Assembly (NCBI RefSeq): GCF_000016745.1
Contig: NC_009483.1
Span: forward strand, 1,410,001 to 1,442,000
Origin: Geotalea uraniireducens Rf4
GTDB taxonomy: Bacteria > Desulfobacterota > Desulfuromonadia > Geobacterales > Geobacteraceae
Direction: 5' to 3'
Length of the DNA: 32,000 nt
Under the pieces are notes generated by a model. It saw nothing but the letters and a program-made list of their open reading frames with translations, had not been told where the DNA came from and did not search any database. Numbering within the stretch: the first letter of the stretch is position 1; each line of letters starts with the position of its first letter. Shown piece after piece: positions 21,721 to 28,689 of the stretch. The translations under genes and the position numbers were made by a program.

Positions 21721-22002
21721 ATGATCAATTCCTTTAGGTGCAAAGAAACTGAAAAGTTATTCAACGGCAAATTTTCCTCCAAGTTGCCACAGGCAATACA
21801 GCGCCTTGCCGCTCGAAAACTTGACTATCTGGATGGTGCCGGGGATCTTGATGACTTGCGTTCCCCTCCCGGAAACCGTCTGGAAACTTTAAAGGATGAT
21901 CGCGCCGGACAACACAGCATTCGCATTAATGACCAGTGGCGCATCTGTTTTGTATGGCGTGACAATAACGCCTTCGATGTCGAAATCGTTGACTACCATT
22001 AA
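21721..22002 (+). CDS. higB: HigB-type (RelE/ParE superfamily, killer protein) toxin, ~93 aa
   Basis: Trimmed from 21685. MINSFRCKETEKLFNGKFSSKLPQAIQRLAARKLDYL...GNRLETLKGDRAGQHSIRINDQWRICFVW is the characteristic HigB pattern. The toxin gene lies upstream of the antitoxin gene. Confidence 0.88.
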   Translation: MINSFRCKETEKLFNGKFSSKLPQAIQRLAARKLDYLDGAGDLDDLRSPPGNRLETLKDDRAGQHSIRINDQWRICFVWRDNNAFDVEIVDYH

Positions 22003-22012
22003 GGAGTATTTT

Positions 22013-22318
22013 ATGAGCAAAAGAGATTTTCCTCCAATTCATCCTGGTGAAATCTTGCGCGAAGAATTTCTAATTCCGCTTGGTATCAGTCAGTACCGAC
22101 TCGCAAAGGAAATACACGTTCCGGCTCGTCGCATAAACGAGATCGTACTTGAAAAGCGTGGGATTTCCGCGGATACCGCGCTTCGCCTGGGACGCTATTT
22201 CGGCACGACGGCGCAGCTTTGGATTAACCTGCAAGCACGGTATGATCTTGAGGTAGCGCGTGACGCGATTGAAGATAAGCTGGAAGCTGAAATTAAGCCA
22301 TTGAAAAGGGCGGCATGA
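22013..22318 (+). CDS. higA: HigA antitoxin (XRE-type HTH), ~101 aa
   Basis: Trimmed from 21896 to the ATG at 22013 (RBS AAGGAG). PIHPGEILREEFLIPLGISQYRLAKEIHVPARRINEIVLEKRGISADTALRLGRYFGT. Confidence 0.9.
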   Translation: MSKRDFPPIHPGEILREEFLIPLGISQYRLAKEIHVPARRINEIVLEKRGISADTALRLGRYFGTTAQLWINLQARYDLEVARDAIEDKLEAEIKPLKRAA

Positions 22319-22744
22319 AGACCCTGGCCAAGGCGGCGGAGGAACATAGACCCCTCCGACTGCCTCTATGGCCAGAGATTTCAGGAAGACTCCCAAGTTT
22401 CAACCGATACCCAACTTCCCGCTTTGTGAGACCCCGCTGTAGCCGTCTCTATGGCCACAACGAGATAACCTGATACATGCCCTGATAGCTATCCCCTTTG
22501 AATCCTTACCTTTTTTTAGAAGTGTAAAATTTTTTACACTCATTTTTCACCTAACCCTGCGATATTTCAATTGATTTTGCAATATTTCTCGTGTAGAAAC
22601 GACTAGCGTGCATTAATGATCCAGCACTGGGCGCGCGATGGCCTTCGATGGACAAAGTATCAGCGAAAAAAACCGGAATGGCCGGAGTTGCATGTGATTG
22701 GCGAAGCTTTCGAATAGTTGCAGTGATTGAGGAGGGAAGCACAT

Positions 22745-22924
22745 ATGCTTTATAAGCAAATAAGACATTGTATTTGGTTTATTACTCTTACTACGCTTAC
22801 CGGGTGTTCTTGGCCTAATGTTAAACTCATGGGTGATGAATACTTGCTTTCGCCCCCCAAAACACATGAACAGCCTCAACAGAGTATAAATCAGGTGCCC
22901 CCACAGCCACTTGATTCCAACTAA
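22745..22924 (+). CDS. Possible small lipoprotein, 59 aa
   Basis: The ATG at 22745 is preceded by GAGGAGGG. MLYKQIRHCIWFITLTTLTGCSW has a lipobox-like LTGC. No recognisable family, short length and an AT-rich context make this tentative. Confidence 0.35.
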   Translation: MLYKQIRHCIWFITLTTLTGCSWPNVKLMGDEYLLSPPKTHEQPQQSINQVPPQPLDSN

Positions 22925-23032
22925 AGCAAAAGGGTTAAAAAAATTCAGCATATCTCGCAACAATTGGGGCTGGACAAGTCGTTACAAGAGCGGATCAAAG
23001 GGTTGCAGATTAAAAATTCCCTTTTCAAGGCC

Positions 23033-23064
23033 TGACCCTTGTGCCCTTTGACCCTTGTGCCCTT
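23033..23064. repeat. Tandem duplication 2 x 16 nt (TGACCCTTGTGCCCTT)
   Basis: Two perfect adjacent copies at 23033-23048 and 23049-23064, 66 nt upstream of the lipoprotein gene. Confidence 0.85.
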
Positions 23065-23130
23065 CCACATCGGCAAGCCGTTGGCAAAACCCAGAAAAAG
23101 ATGAACAATTAATGTTATCTGGAGGGTAAC

Positions 23131-23817
23131 GTGAGAATTTTAAGATGCTTAGTTCGTTTACTGGCCCTTATTTCGATTCAAGCAATGCTATTCGGCTGCG
23201 GTAGTAGCAACGACACTGTTGCGCCTAATGTGGGCAAGACGCGCAAACTCCTGGTTGGGGATAGCTGGACTTATGATGTCAGCGGGCAGTCTCAATCGGG
23301 TAGTTTTTCCGGCACGTCAATATTGAACATTACTCAAGATACCTTAGCCGGAGTATCCGTACTTGCTGCGACATCAACAGTTAGCGGCGTTTTGAACGGA
23401 TCAAATACTAGCAGTACATCAGTAACCTATATGCAGCAGGATGCAACCACCGGTGACCTTCTTCTATATGGACTCAAGGATACTAATACAAATAATGTGG
23501 CAGTCACCGTTACCGACCGGCCATTACCTATCATGTGGCCTGGAAATTGGGAAGCAGGTAAGACCATCAATGCAACTGCCCACTATAGTAATGGCACCAC
23601 TGAATCAATCTCATATTCCATTATTGGGCAAGAATCTGTAGCTACTCCAACAGGGGCCGTAACAGCTTGGAAACTCATTATATCAGTTTCGTCAAATGCA
23701 ATTATGTCAACTGGTACTTTTTGGTTTTCACCAGAGATCGGTAATTACATAAAAATGGATGTCACTAACAGTGCTGGCAGTTCTAGTACCATCTTGAGAA
23801 GCACAACAGTCAAATGA
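23131..23817 (+). CDS. Lipoprotein of unknown function, 228 aa
   Basis: GTG start 5 nt after GGAGGG. Signal peptide with lipobox MLFGC. Ser/Thr/Asn-rich beta-type sequence with no recognised family. Confidence 0.7.
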   Translation: MRILRCLVRLLALISIQAMLFGCGSSNDTVAPNVGKTRKLLVGDSWTYDVSGQSQSGSFSGTSILNITQDTLAGVSVLAATSTVSGVLNGSNTSSTSVTYMQQDATTGDLLLYGLKDTNTNNVAVTVTDRPLPIMWPGNWEAGKTINATAHYSNGTTESISYSIIGQESVATPTGAVTAWKLIISVSSNAIMSTGTFWFSPEIGNYIKMDVTNSAGSSSTILRSTTVK

Positions 23818-23838
23818 AAACAGTTAGGGGAGGCTAGA

Positions 23839-23940
23839 GGGACGTTGCTTGCTAGTTAGCTAAAAGAGTCTGCATGATTCAGTATAGCAAGATAGCAAGC
23901 AACGTCCCCCTTTTGGTCCTCAACGTCCCCCTTTTGGTCC
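23839..23940. repeat. Perfect 16-bp-arm hairpin followed by a 2 x 20 nt tandem repeat
   Basis: GGGACGTTGCTTGCTA (23839-23854) pairs with TAGCAAGCAACGTCCC (23893-23908). CAACGTCCCCCTTTTGGTCC occurs at 23900-23919 and 23921-23940. It is preceded by AGGGGAGGCTAGAG, which recurs at 24961-24974. Confidence 0.85.
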
Positions 23941-24055
23941 CCTCTGCTATAATCTCCTCTCAACATAACTATGTGAACATTTAGCAATTTCGGTCAGGAT
24001 TGACTCTCGGCAATGTGGTAGGATTACCCCTGAATTGAGGTGGACGCCGGTGAAC

Positions 24056-24916
24056 ATGGATAAGGCAAAAGCATACGCGCAGCGGTTCGACAGGGTGTTC
24101 GAGTATATCGAGCAGCATCTGGACGAACCATTGACCGTCGAGCAGCTGAGCCGGGTAGCGCATTTCTCGAAGTTCCATTTCCATCGGCAATTTTCCCAGT
24201 ATGTCGGTATCGGTGTCTTCGCCTATGTCCGCCAGCTGCGGCTCAGGCAGGCATCCTACCGGCTTGTCTTTCGTCGGCACGAACGGATCATCGATATTGC
24301 TCTGGATGCCGGTTTCGAGAGTCCGGAAGCGTTTTCCCGCGCCTTCAGACAGGTCTTCGGACAATCCCCTTCTCAATTCAGAAAATCACCCCAATGGCAG
24401 CCGTGGAGCGAGAGCTTTCGGCTTCCGCACCGAGAAAGGAGAGAAAAGATGGATGTGAAGATTGTCGATTTTGCCGAGACACAAATTGCGGTCCTGGCAC
24501 ACCGAGGCGCGCCGGAACAACTCAACGATTCGGCTCTGAAATTTATCGAATGGCGCAAACAAAGCAGGCTGTCGCCGGTAAAAACGAGCAGGACCTTCGG
24601 CATCGCCTATGACGATCCCGAATCGACCGAACCGGAGCTGTTCCGCTTCGATATCTGTGGCGCAGTTTCAGAGAAGGTGCCGAATAACCCGCAGGGGGTG
24701 GGAAACGGAGTCATCCCTGGTGGTCGCTGCGCTGTGGTCCGGCATCTCGGTTCCCACGATCGCATTGGCGAGACCGTCTATCCACTCTATCGCGCGTGGT
24801 TGCCCGAGAGCGGCGAGAAGCTGCGCGATTTCCCACTCTATTTTCACTACTTGAATCTGATTCCGGACGTGGCCGAACATGAGCTGGTAACCGATATCTA
24901 TCTACCGCTGAAGTAG
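24056..24916 (+). CDS. AraC-family transcriptional regulator with C-terminal GyrI-like effector-binding domain, ~286 aa
   Basis: N-terminal double HTH (LTVEQLSRVAHFSKFHFHRQFSQYVG..., IIDIALDAGFESPEAFSRAFRQVFGQSPSQFR). C-terminal GyrI-like/SRPBCC-like half (VKIVDFAETQIAVLAHRG...YLPL). The start is ambiguous: TTG 24035, GTG 24050 or ATG 24056. Confidence 0.9.
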   Translation: MDKAKAYAQRFDRVFEYIEQHLDEPLTVEQLSRVAHFSKFHFHRQFSQYVGIGVFAYVRQLRLRQASYRLVFRRHERIIDIALDAGFESPEAFSRAFRQVFGQSPSQFRKSPQWQPWSESFRLPHRERREKMDVKIVDFAETQIAVLAHRGAPEQLNDSALKFIEWRKQSRLSPVKTSRTFGIAYDDPESTEPELFRFDICGAVSEKVPNNPQGVGNGVIPGGRCAVVRHLGSHDRIGETVYPLYRAWLPESGEKLRDFPLYFHYLNLIPDVAEHELVTDIYLPLK

Positions 24917-25010
24917 TTGTCATACACATCGCCTGGGGCTCCGGCAACCTGGAGAAAATCAGGGGAGGCTAGAGTGAGGGCGAGTGGGCAAGTGAGGGCG
25001 AGGGGGCAGG

Positions 25011-25156
25011 CTTCCAGATGCCAAGATGAAGTGCAGAAGGCGGCCAAACGGCCGCCTTTGCTGTTTACGGTGTCCTGCGTAAAAGAATTTGCTTAATCTC
25101 CAGGATGTGCGATTCTAACCCCGGTTGGTTGAGAACGGAATTCGTCGGGGATTACC
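25011..25156 (+). repeat. About 146-bp repeat element, copy A (full length)
   Basis: CTTCCAGATGCCAAGATGAAGTGCAGAAGGCGGCCAAACGGCCGCCTTTGCTGTTTACGGTGTCCTG...TCCAGGATGTGCGATTCTAAC...GAATTCGTCGGGGATTACC. Alignable by eye over its full length with copy C, and over its first half with copy B. Confidence 0.85.
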
Positions 25157-25231
25157 TGCTGAGGTGGCCGGGGATGAGGCAGCACTGAATAAACTTTGAC
25201 CTCCAAATGGGCCAGAATAGGATAAATGTGA

Positions 25232-25633
25232 TTACGCTGATTGTTTGCGGTGAATATATTGATCCGCAGCCTGGGCCAATAGACCGGAACGAGTCATGTG
25301 GTACTGCTCGGCATAACGGTCGATCTCATGCAGCAGATTTTCAGACATGGTTATATTAACCCGCTTTGCTTTAACTTTGAGCTTGGAAAGATCAATGTCT
25401 ACCAAGAGCCATACCCCTCCTTGATATTCGGGGTTAGCAGCCAATTGTTCTAATGGTGTTGGTGCAGGCACAGGCATATCTTCGCCTTCAAAATAGACTT
25501 CTGCGGCCTCTTGGATCATGTGTGGTAAATCCTCCCACTCGTCGGCGGCAGAGAAACAGCCGGGAAAGTCGGGGATAGTTACTCCGTGGGCGTGTTGATC
25601 GTCTCCAATGTGAACATATGCGGGGTATAACAT
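25232..25633 (-). CDS. hicB: HicB antitoxin (HicB N-domain plus ribbon-helix-helix), 133 aa
   Basis: MLYPAYVHIGDDQHAHGVTIPDFPGCFSAADEWEDL is the HicB fold signature. C-terminal RVNITMSENLLHEIDRYAEQYHMTRSGLLAQAA is a CopG/RHH domain. Lies 1 nt after the hicA stop. Confidence 0.9.
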   Translation of the reverse strand: MLYPAYVHIGDDQHAHGVTIPDFPGCFSAADEWEDLPHMIQEAAEVYFEGEDMPVPAPTPLEQLAANPEYQGGVWLLVDIDLSKLKVKAKRVNITMSENLLHEIDRYAEQYHMTRSGLLAQAADQYIHRKQSA

Positions 25634-25634
25634 G

Positions 25635-25823
25635 TTATCTCCATTCCCAACCAGCTTGCCGGTAAATGTTCCGCAAGGTTCCGGTTGGCATGTCTTTACG
25701 TGGATGTGGCACTACCACATGACCAGCTTTTGACGGATGTTTGTGCTTCTGGTGGTCACCTTTGCCTCCGACACAACACCATCCCTCGTTTTCAAGTCGT
25801 TTGATGATCTCTTTGCTGGTCAT
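25635..25823 (-). CDS. hicA: HicA mRNA-interferase toxin, 62 aa
   Basis: MTSKEIIKRLENEGWCCVGGKGDHQKHKHPSKAGHVVVPHPRKDMPTGTLRNIYRQAGW is the canonical HicA dsRBD-like pattern with catalytic His. Confidence 0.92.
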   Translation of the reverse strand: MTSKEIIKRLENEGWCCVGGKGDHQKHKHPSKAGHVVVPHPRKDMPTGTLRNIYRQAGWEWR

Positions 25824-25829
25824 AGGCTA

Positions 25830-25858
25830 ACTATACACACCAATACACACCGTGTCAA
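25830..25858 (-). promoter_or_regulatory. Sigma-70 promoter of hicAB (near-consensus)
   Basis: On the minus strand: TTGACA (25858-25853), 17 nt, TATAGT (25835-25830). The ATG begins 7 nt after the -10 element with no SD. Confidence 0.6.
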
Positions 25859-25915
25859 AGGAGAAGTAGCGGGGCTAACTTTCCAATTCGAACTTTTTAA
25901 AAGAGGGCGCGGGGT

Positions 25916-25986
25916 CTTCCAGGATGCCAAGATGAAGTGTAGAAGGGGGCGGCCAAACGGCCGCCTTTGTTGTTTACGGTGTCCTG
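25916..25986 (+). repeat. Repeat element, copy B (first half only, ~71 bp)
   Basis: CTTCCAGGATGCCAAGATGAAGTGTAGAAGGGGGCGGCCAAACGGCCGCCTTTGTTGTTTACGGTGTCCTG. It differs from copy A by a few substitutions, a 1-nt indel and a 3-nt indel. Confidence 0.85.
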
Positions 25987-26010
25987 TGAACGTCTGAGAG
26001 TTACGCTAGT

Positions 26011-28290
26011 TCATCGACGCGCTCCCACGAAAGAGAGCTTCCAGATGTCTACATCATTCACTGGCAGTGTCTGGTAAACCCAGGTGTTACCGCCGTCGCT
26101 GGTATGCAGAATGGAGCCTCTAGGGAGTTCCGAAGGCGATGACATACCCCGGTACCCGCCTATCCATGCATGCTGCTTGTCGATGGCGGAGACTCCTTCG
26201 TAGACATAATTCGGGAAGGTCCAGTCACTTTTTATGACGTCATTGCCGACGATCTTGACCCGCATGACATACCCTGCTGCGCCGTTCTGTACGGCCCATG
26301 CTTCATCCGCACTGACTGCGCAGACATCGTCGATGTCGTTGGGGCCGGCAATACCCGGTGCATCTATTTTCCAGGTGAGGCCTCCATCCATGGTGCGGTA
26401 GAGTTCCCCCTGCAGGTTCACCGAGGTCCATGCGACCTTTTTGTTCACAATACTGGCTGTCATGGGGCCGTGGCCGCGGTCCACTCCCGGCAGATATTCC
26501 TGACGCCATGTCCGGCCACCATCCGGAGAATGGATCATCCCGTTTTCACCGTTGCCAAAATCGGCAATCCAAATATCTTTTCCCAGTACATCCATCCGGT
26601 TGACCTGTTTTATGGTTATCCCCGGCGTAGGAACAATCTCCCACCTTTTACCGCCGTTGTTCGTATGCATGACCGGCCCATGCAGACCAACGGCCCACGC
26701 CTCTTTCCGGCCGACGCCCTTGATCCCTTTCACTCCATCCTGAATTACCTGGGGCAGTGCCTGCACTTTCCATGTCTTTCCGCCATCTTTCGTGTGGAGA
26801 ATCATCCCCTCCTCTCCAGTGTCATTACCACCCAGTGCCGCCCAGGCGGTTCTCTTATCCACAGCGCTGATATCATTGGCGTTGTGCCCTTTCCAGAGTG
26901 ACCCGTCTCCCTGAACCTCCCAGGTTTTACCACCGTTGTCAGTATGCAGGATCACCGCGGTCTTGTCCGGGTCATTACCGATTGCCCAACCAGCATTGGA
27001 CATATACACGGTCCTGAGGGGGAATGTGACGGTTTCGGCAATAACCGGAGGGTCATAGACGTGAGGCGTCTCGTCGGAATCGTCCTCTTTGACAGAGGCG
27101 ACAAAAATCTGCTTTGCTGTGGCCACATTATTTGTCGGATCCACAGTGACCTTGAGATAGCCAAGCTTCCTTGTTTCTCCAAACTGGTACCAGACCGCAT
27201 AGGGGTCTCCAGCGTTAATGTCTGCAAATCTGCCCCCGGCGGTACCGACGATGAAATAGGTGATACCCTCTACTGAATATCTCTGGTAGTTATGGGTATG
27301 GCCCGCGAAATTAGCGCTTATACCGTAGGTATGATACAGAGTTTCCCATGGCTGAAGGTCAGGGTTGAGCGTACTCCTCCCATAATCCCAGATCGGGTGG
27401 TGATGCATGGTAAATGTACCACGCATCTTATTGTCCAGAAGCGACTCGAGCCAGGATGCCTGACTCTCGGCAAGGGCCAGGGACGTTTGCGGATCATCAC
27501 TGTCGGTGTTGTTCGGATCCGGACTGTCAAGAATGATAAACCGGATGCCGGCACAATCAAAAAAATGGTTCAGGGGCGCACCAGGGAGTATATCGTAGGA
27601 CCAATGGTATTGGTCGGCTGCAGTAGGCGGGTAGCTCCCGCCTTCGTTATGGTATTCATGGTTTCCGATAGTGGTAAAGATGGGGAATTTCGCGAGCATC
27701 GGGTCGGCAACCTTGAAATATTTGGCCCATAACGACTCTGAATCATGACCTGCATAGTCTCCACCGTGAAGGATAAAAAGCACATCCTGCTCCTTTGCAA
27801 TGGCATCTGCTACGTACTTGAACCGTTTTTCTTCCGTATAATTATGGCCCTCTTGTGAATCACTGATGACAATAAAGGTAAAGGGACCTTTGACCGGCAT
27901 CGTCCGGAAGGTGCGGTTGCTGAAGACGTCCGCATTGTCTGAAGGTCTCACCCTATACACATACGAGGTATTCGGTTCAAGGCCGGTAAGCTGTACATGT
28001 TGATAGGGACCCGTTATCCGAGATGATTTCTTTTTTTGGAATTTTTGATGTTTCTCATAAAAACTCGACTTGGCGTACTCTACTGTGCCCGCCCCAAGGT
28101 TTTCTCCTCGCCAGTTGATGGTCGCAGAATTTATGGTGGTTTTCGTTACCCATGGAGCCCAGTAATTGTCCGATGTTACGGCCACTTCGCCTGGTGTGAG
28201 GCTGTCACTGCTGTAGGCAGGGGCAATGAATACACCAGTTGCCACCAGAGCAAATATCGCTACGACAAGCCACCCTCGATAGACTCGCAT
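26011..28290 (-). CDS. Secreted fusion protein: purple-acid-phosphatase-like N-domain, calcineurin-type metallophosphoesterase and six-repeat BNR/Ycf48-like beta-propeller, ~759 aa
   Basis: Trimmed from 28470 to the ATG at 28290 (RBS GGAGGAGGG). Signal peptide MRVYRGWLVVAIFALVATGVFIAPAYS. MPE motifs ISDSQ, GGDYAG, GNHEY, HHHP, GHTHNYQRY. Six Asp-box repeats: TDNGGKTW, TKDGGKTW, TNNGGKRW, SPDGGRTW, TMDGGLTW, TSDGGNTW. Confidence 0.88.
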   Translation of the reverse strand: MRVYRGWLVVAIFALVATGVFIAPAYSSDSLTPGEVAVTSDNYWAPWVTKTTINSATINWRGENLGAGTVEYAKSSFYEKHQKFQKKKSSRITGPYQHVQLTGLEPNTSYVYRVRPSDNADVFSNRTFRTMPVKGPFTFIVISDSQEGHNYTEEKRFKYVADAIAKEQDVLFILHGGDYAGHDSESLWAKYFKVADPMLAKFPIFTTIGNHEYHNEGGSYPPTAADQYHWSYDILPGAPLNHFFDCAGIRFIILDSPDPNNTDSDDPQTSLALAESQASWLESLLDNKMRGTFTMHHHPIWDYGRSTLNPDLQPWETLYHTYGISANFAGHTHNYQRYSVEGITYFIVGTAGGRFADINAGDPYAVWYQFGETRKLGYLKVTVDPTNNVATAKQIFVASVKEDDSDETPHVYDPPVIAETVTFPLRTVYMSNAGWAIGNDPDKTAVILHTDNGGKTWEVQGDGSLWKGHNANDISAVDKRTAWAALGGNDTGEEGMILHTKDGGKTWKVQALPQVIQDGVKGIKGVGRKEAWAVGLHGPVMHTNNGGKRWEIVPTPGITIKQVNRMDVLGKDIWIADFGNGENGMIHSPDGGRTWRQEYLPGVDRGHGPMTASIVNKKVAWTSVNLQGELYRTMDGGLTWKIDAPGIAGPNDIDDVCAVSADEAWAVQNGAAGYVMRVKIVGNDVIKSDWTFPNYVYEGVSAIDKQHAWIGGYRGMSSPSELPRGSILHTSDGGNTWVYQTLPVNDVDIWKLSFVGARR

Positions 28291-28453
28291 AAAGCCCTCC
28301 TCCGTGCTGCTGTTAGCCACATGACGTAGTTCGGTTCGCCGTAAGGGAGAAGAAATAGGCAAACATTGTGTAGTGGCGTTCAACGGCTGATAAAGTAGCT
28401 TCGGGAAACTAAGGGTTTGAATATTGGTTGTAAAATTAAACATCTTTAACAAG

Positions 28454-28481
28454 ATTTTATATATTTCCATTGGGTTGTCAA
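28454..28481 (-). promoter_or_regulatory. Candidate sigma-70 promoter of the phosphoesterase-propeller gene
   Basis: On the minus strand: TTGACA (28481-28476), 16 nt, TAAAAT (28459-28454). This implies a leader of about 160 nt. Confidence 0.45.
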
Positions 28482-28522
28482 TGCGCCGAAAGTGACACCT
28501 CTCCAGAAGAAATCTATGGGGT

Positions 28523-28673
28523 CTACCAAGATGACAAGATGAAGAGTAGAAGGCGACCGATGGGCCGCCTTCGCTGTTTCCGGCGTCCCGTCGTGCAAAA
28601 AGATTTTGCTTTATATCCAGGATGTGCGATTCTAACGCCGTCCGGCAGAAAGTAGAATTCGCCGGGGATTACC
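28523..28673 (+). repeat. Repeat element, copy C (full length, more diverged)
   Basis: CTACCAAGATGACAAGATGAAGAGTAGAAGGCGACCGATGGGCCGCCTTCGCTGTTTCCGGCGTCCCG...TCCAGGATGTGCGATTCTAAC...GAATTCGCCGGGGATTACC. It ends 16 nt before the GTG start of the exonuclease-RNase H gene. Confidence 0.85.
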
Positions 28674-28689
28674 CGCGTCGGGAGGGAAT

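Noticed and set aside
22613-22963. 116-aa minus-strand ORF and other small ORFs in the higA-lipoprotein gap (22070-22396, 22551-22742)
   Set aside because: No RBS and no motif, in AT-rich low-complexity sequence. They overlap the better-supported plus-strand small lipoprotein candidate or higA.
24020-24055. Possible fourth, partial copy of the repeat element upstream of the AraC-type gene: GGATTACCC...GAGG...GTGAAC resembles 28665-28695 in front of the exonuclease gene
   Set aside because: The similarity is limited to about 9+4+6 nt with variable spacing, and the upstream part does not align. It is too weak to call without a formal alignment.
25011-28673. Reading the 150-bp repeats as integron attC sites in a cassette array with TA cassettes
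   Set aside because: The only core-like strings (TTCTAAC and GTTGAGA/GTAGAA) do not fit RYYYAAC/GTTRRRY exactly and lie only 8-15 nt apart. There is no intI or attI in the window. Copy B lacks the half that would carry the core sites. I kept this as a general cassette-boundary hypothesis only.
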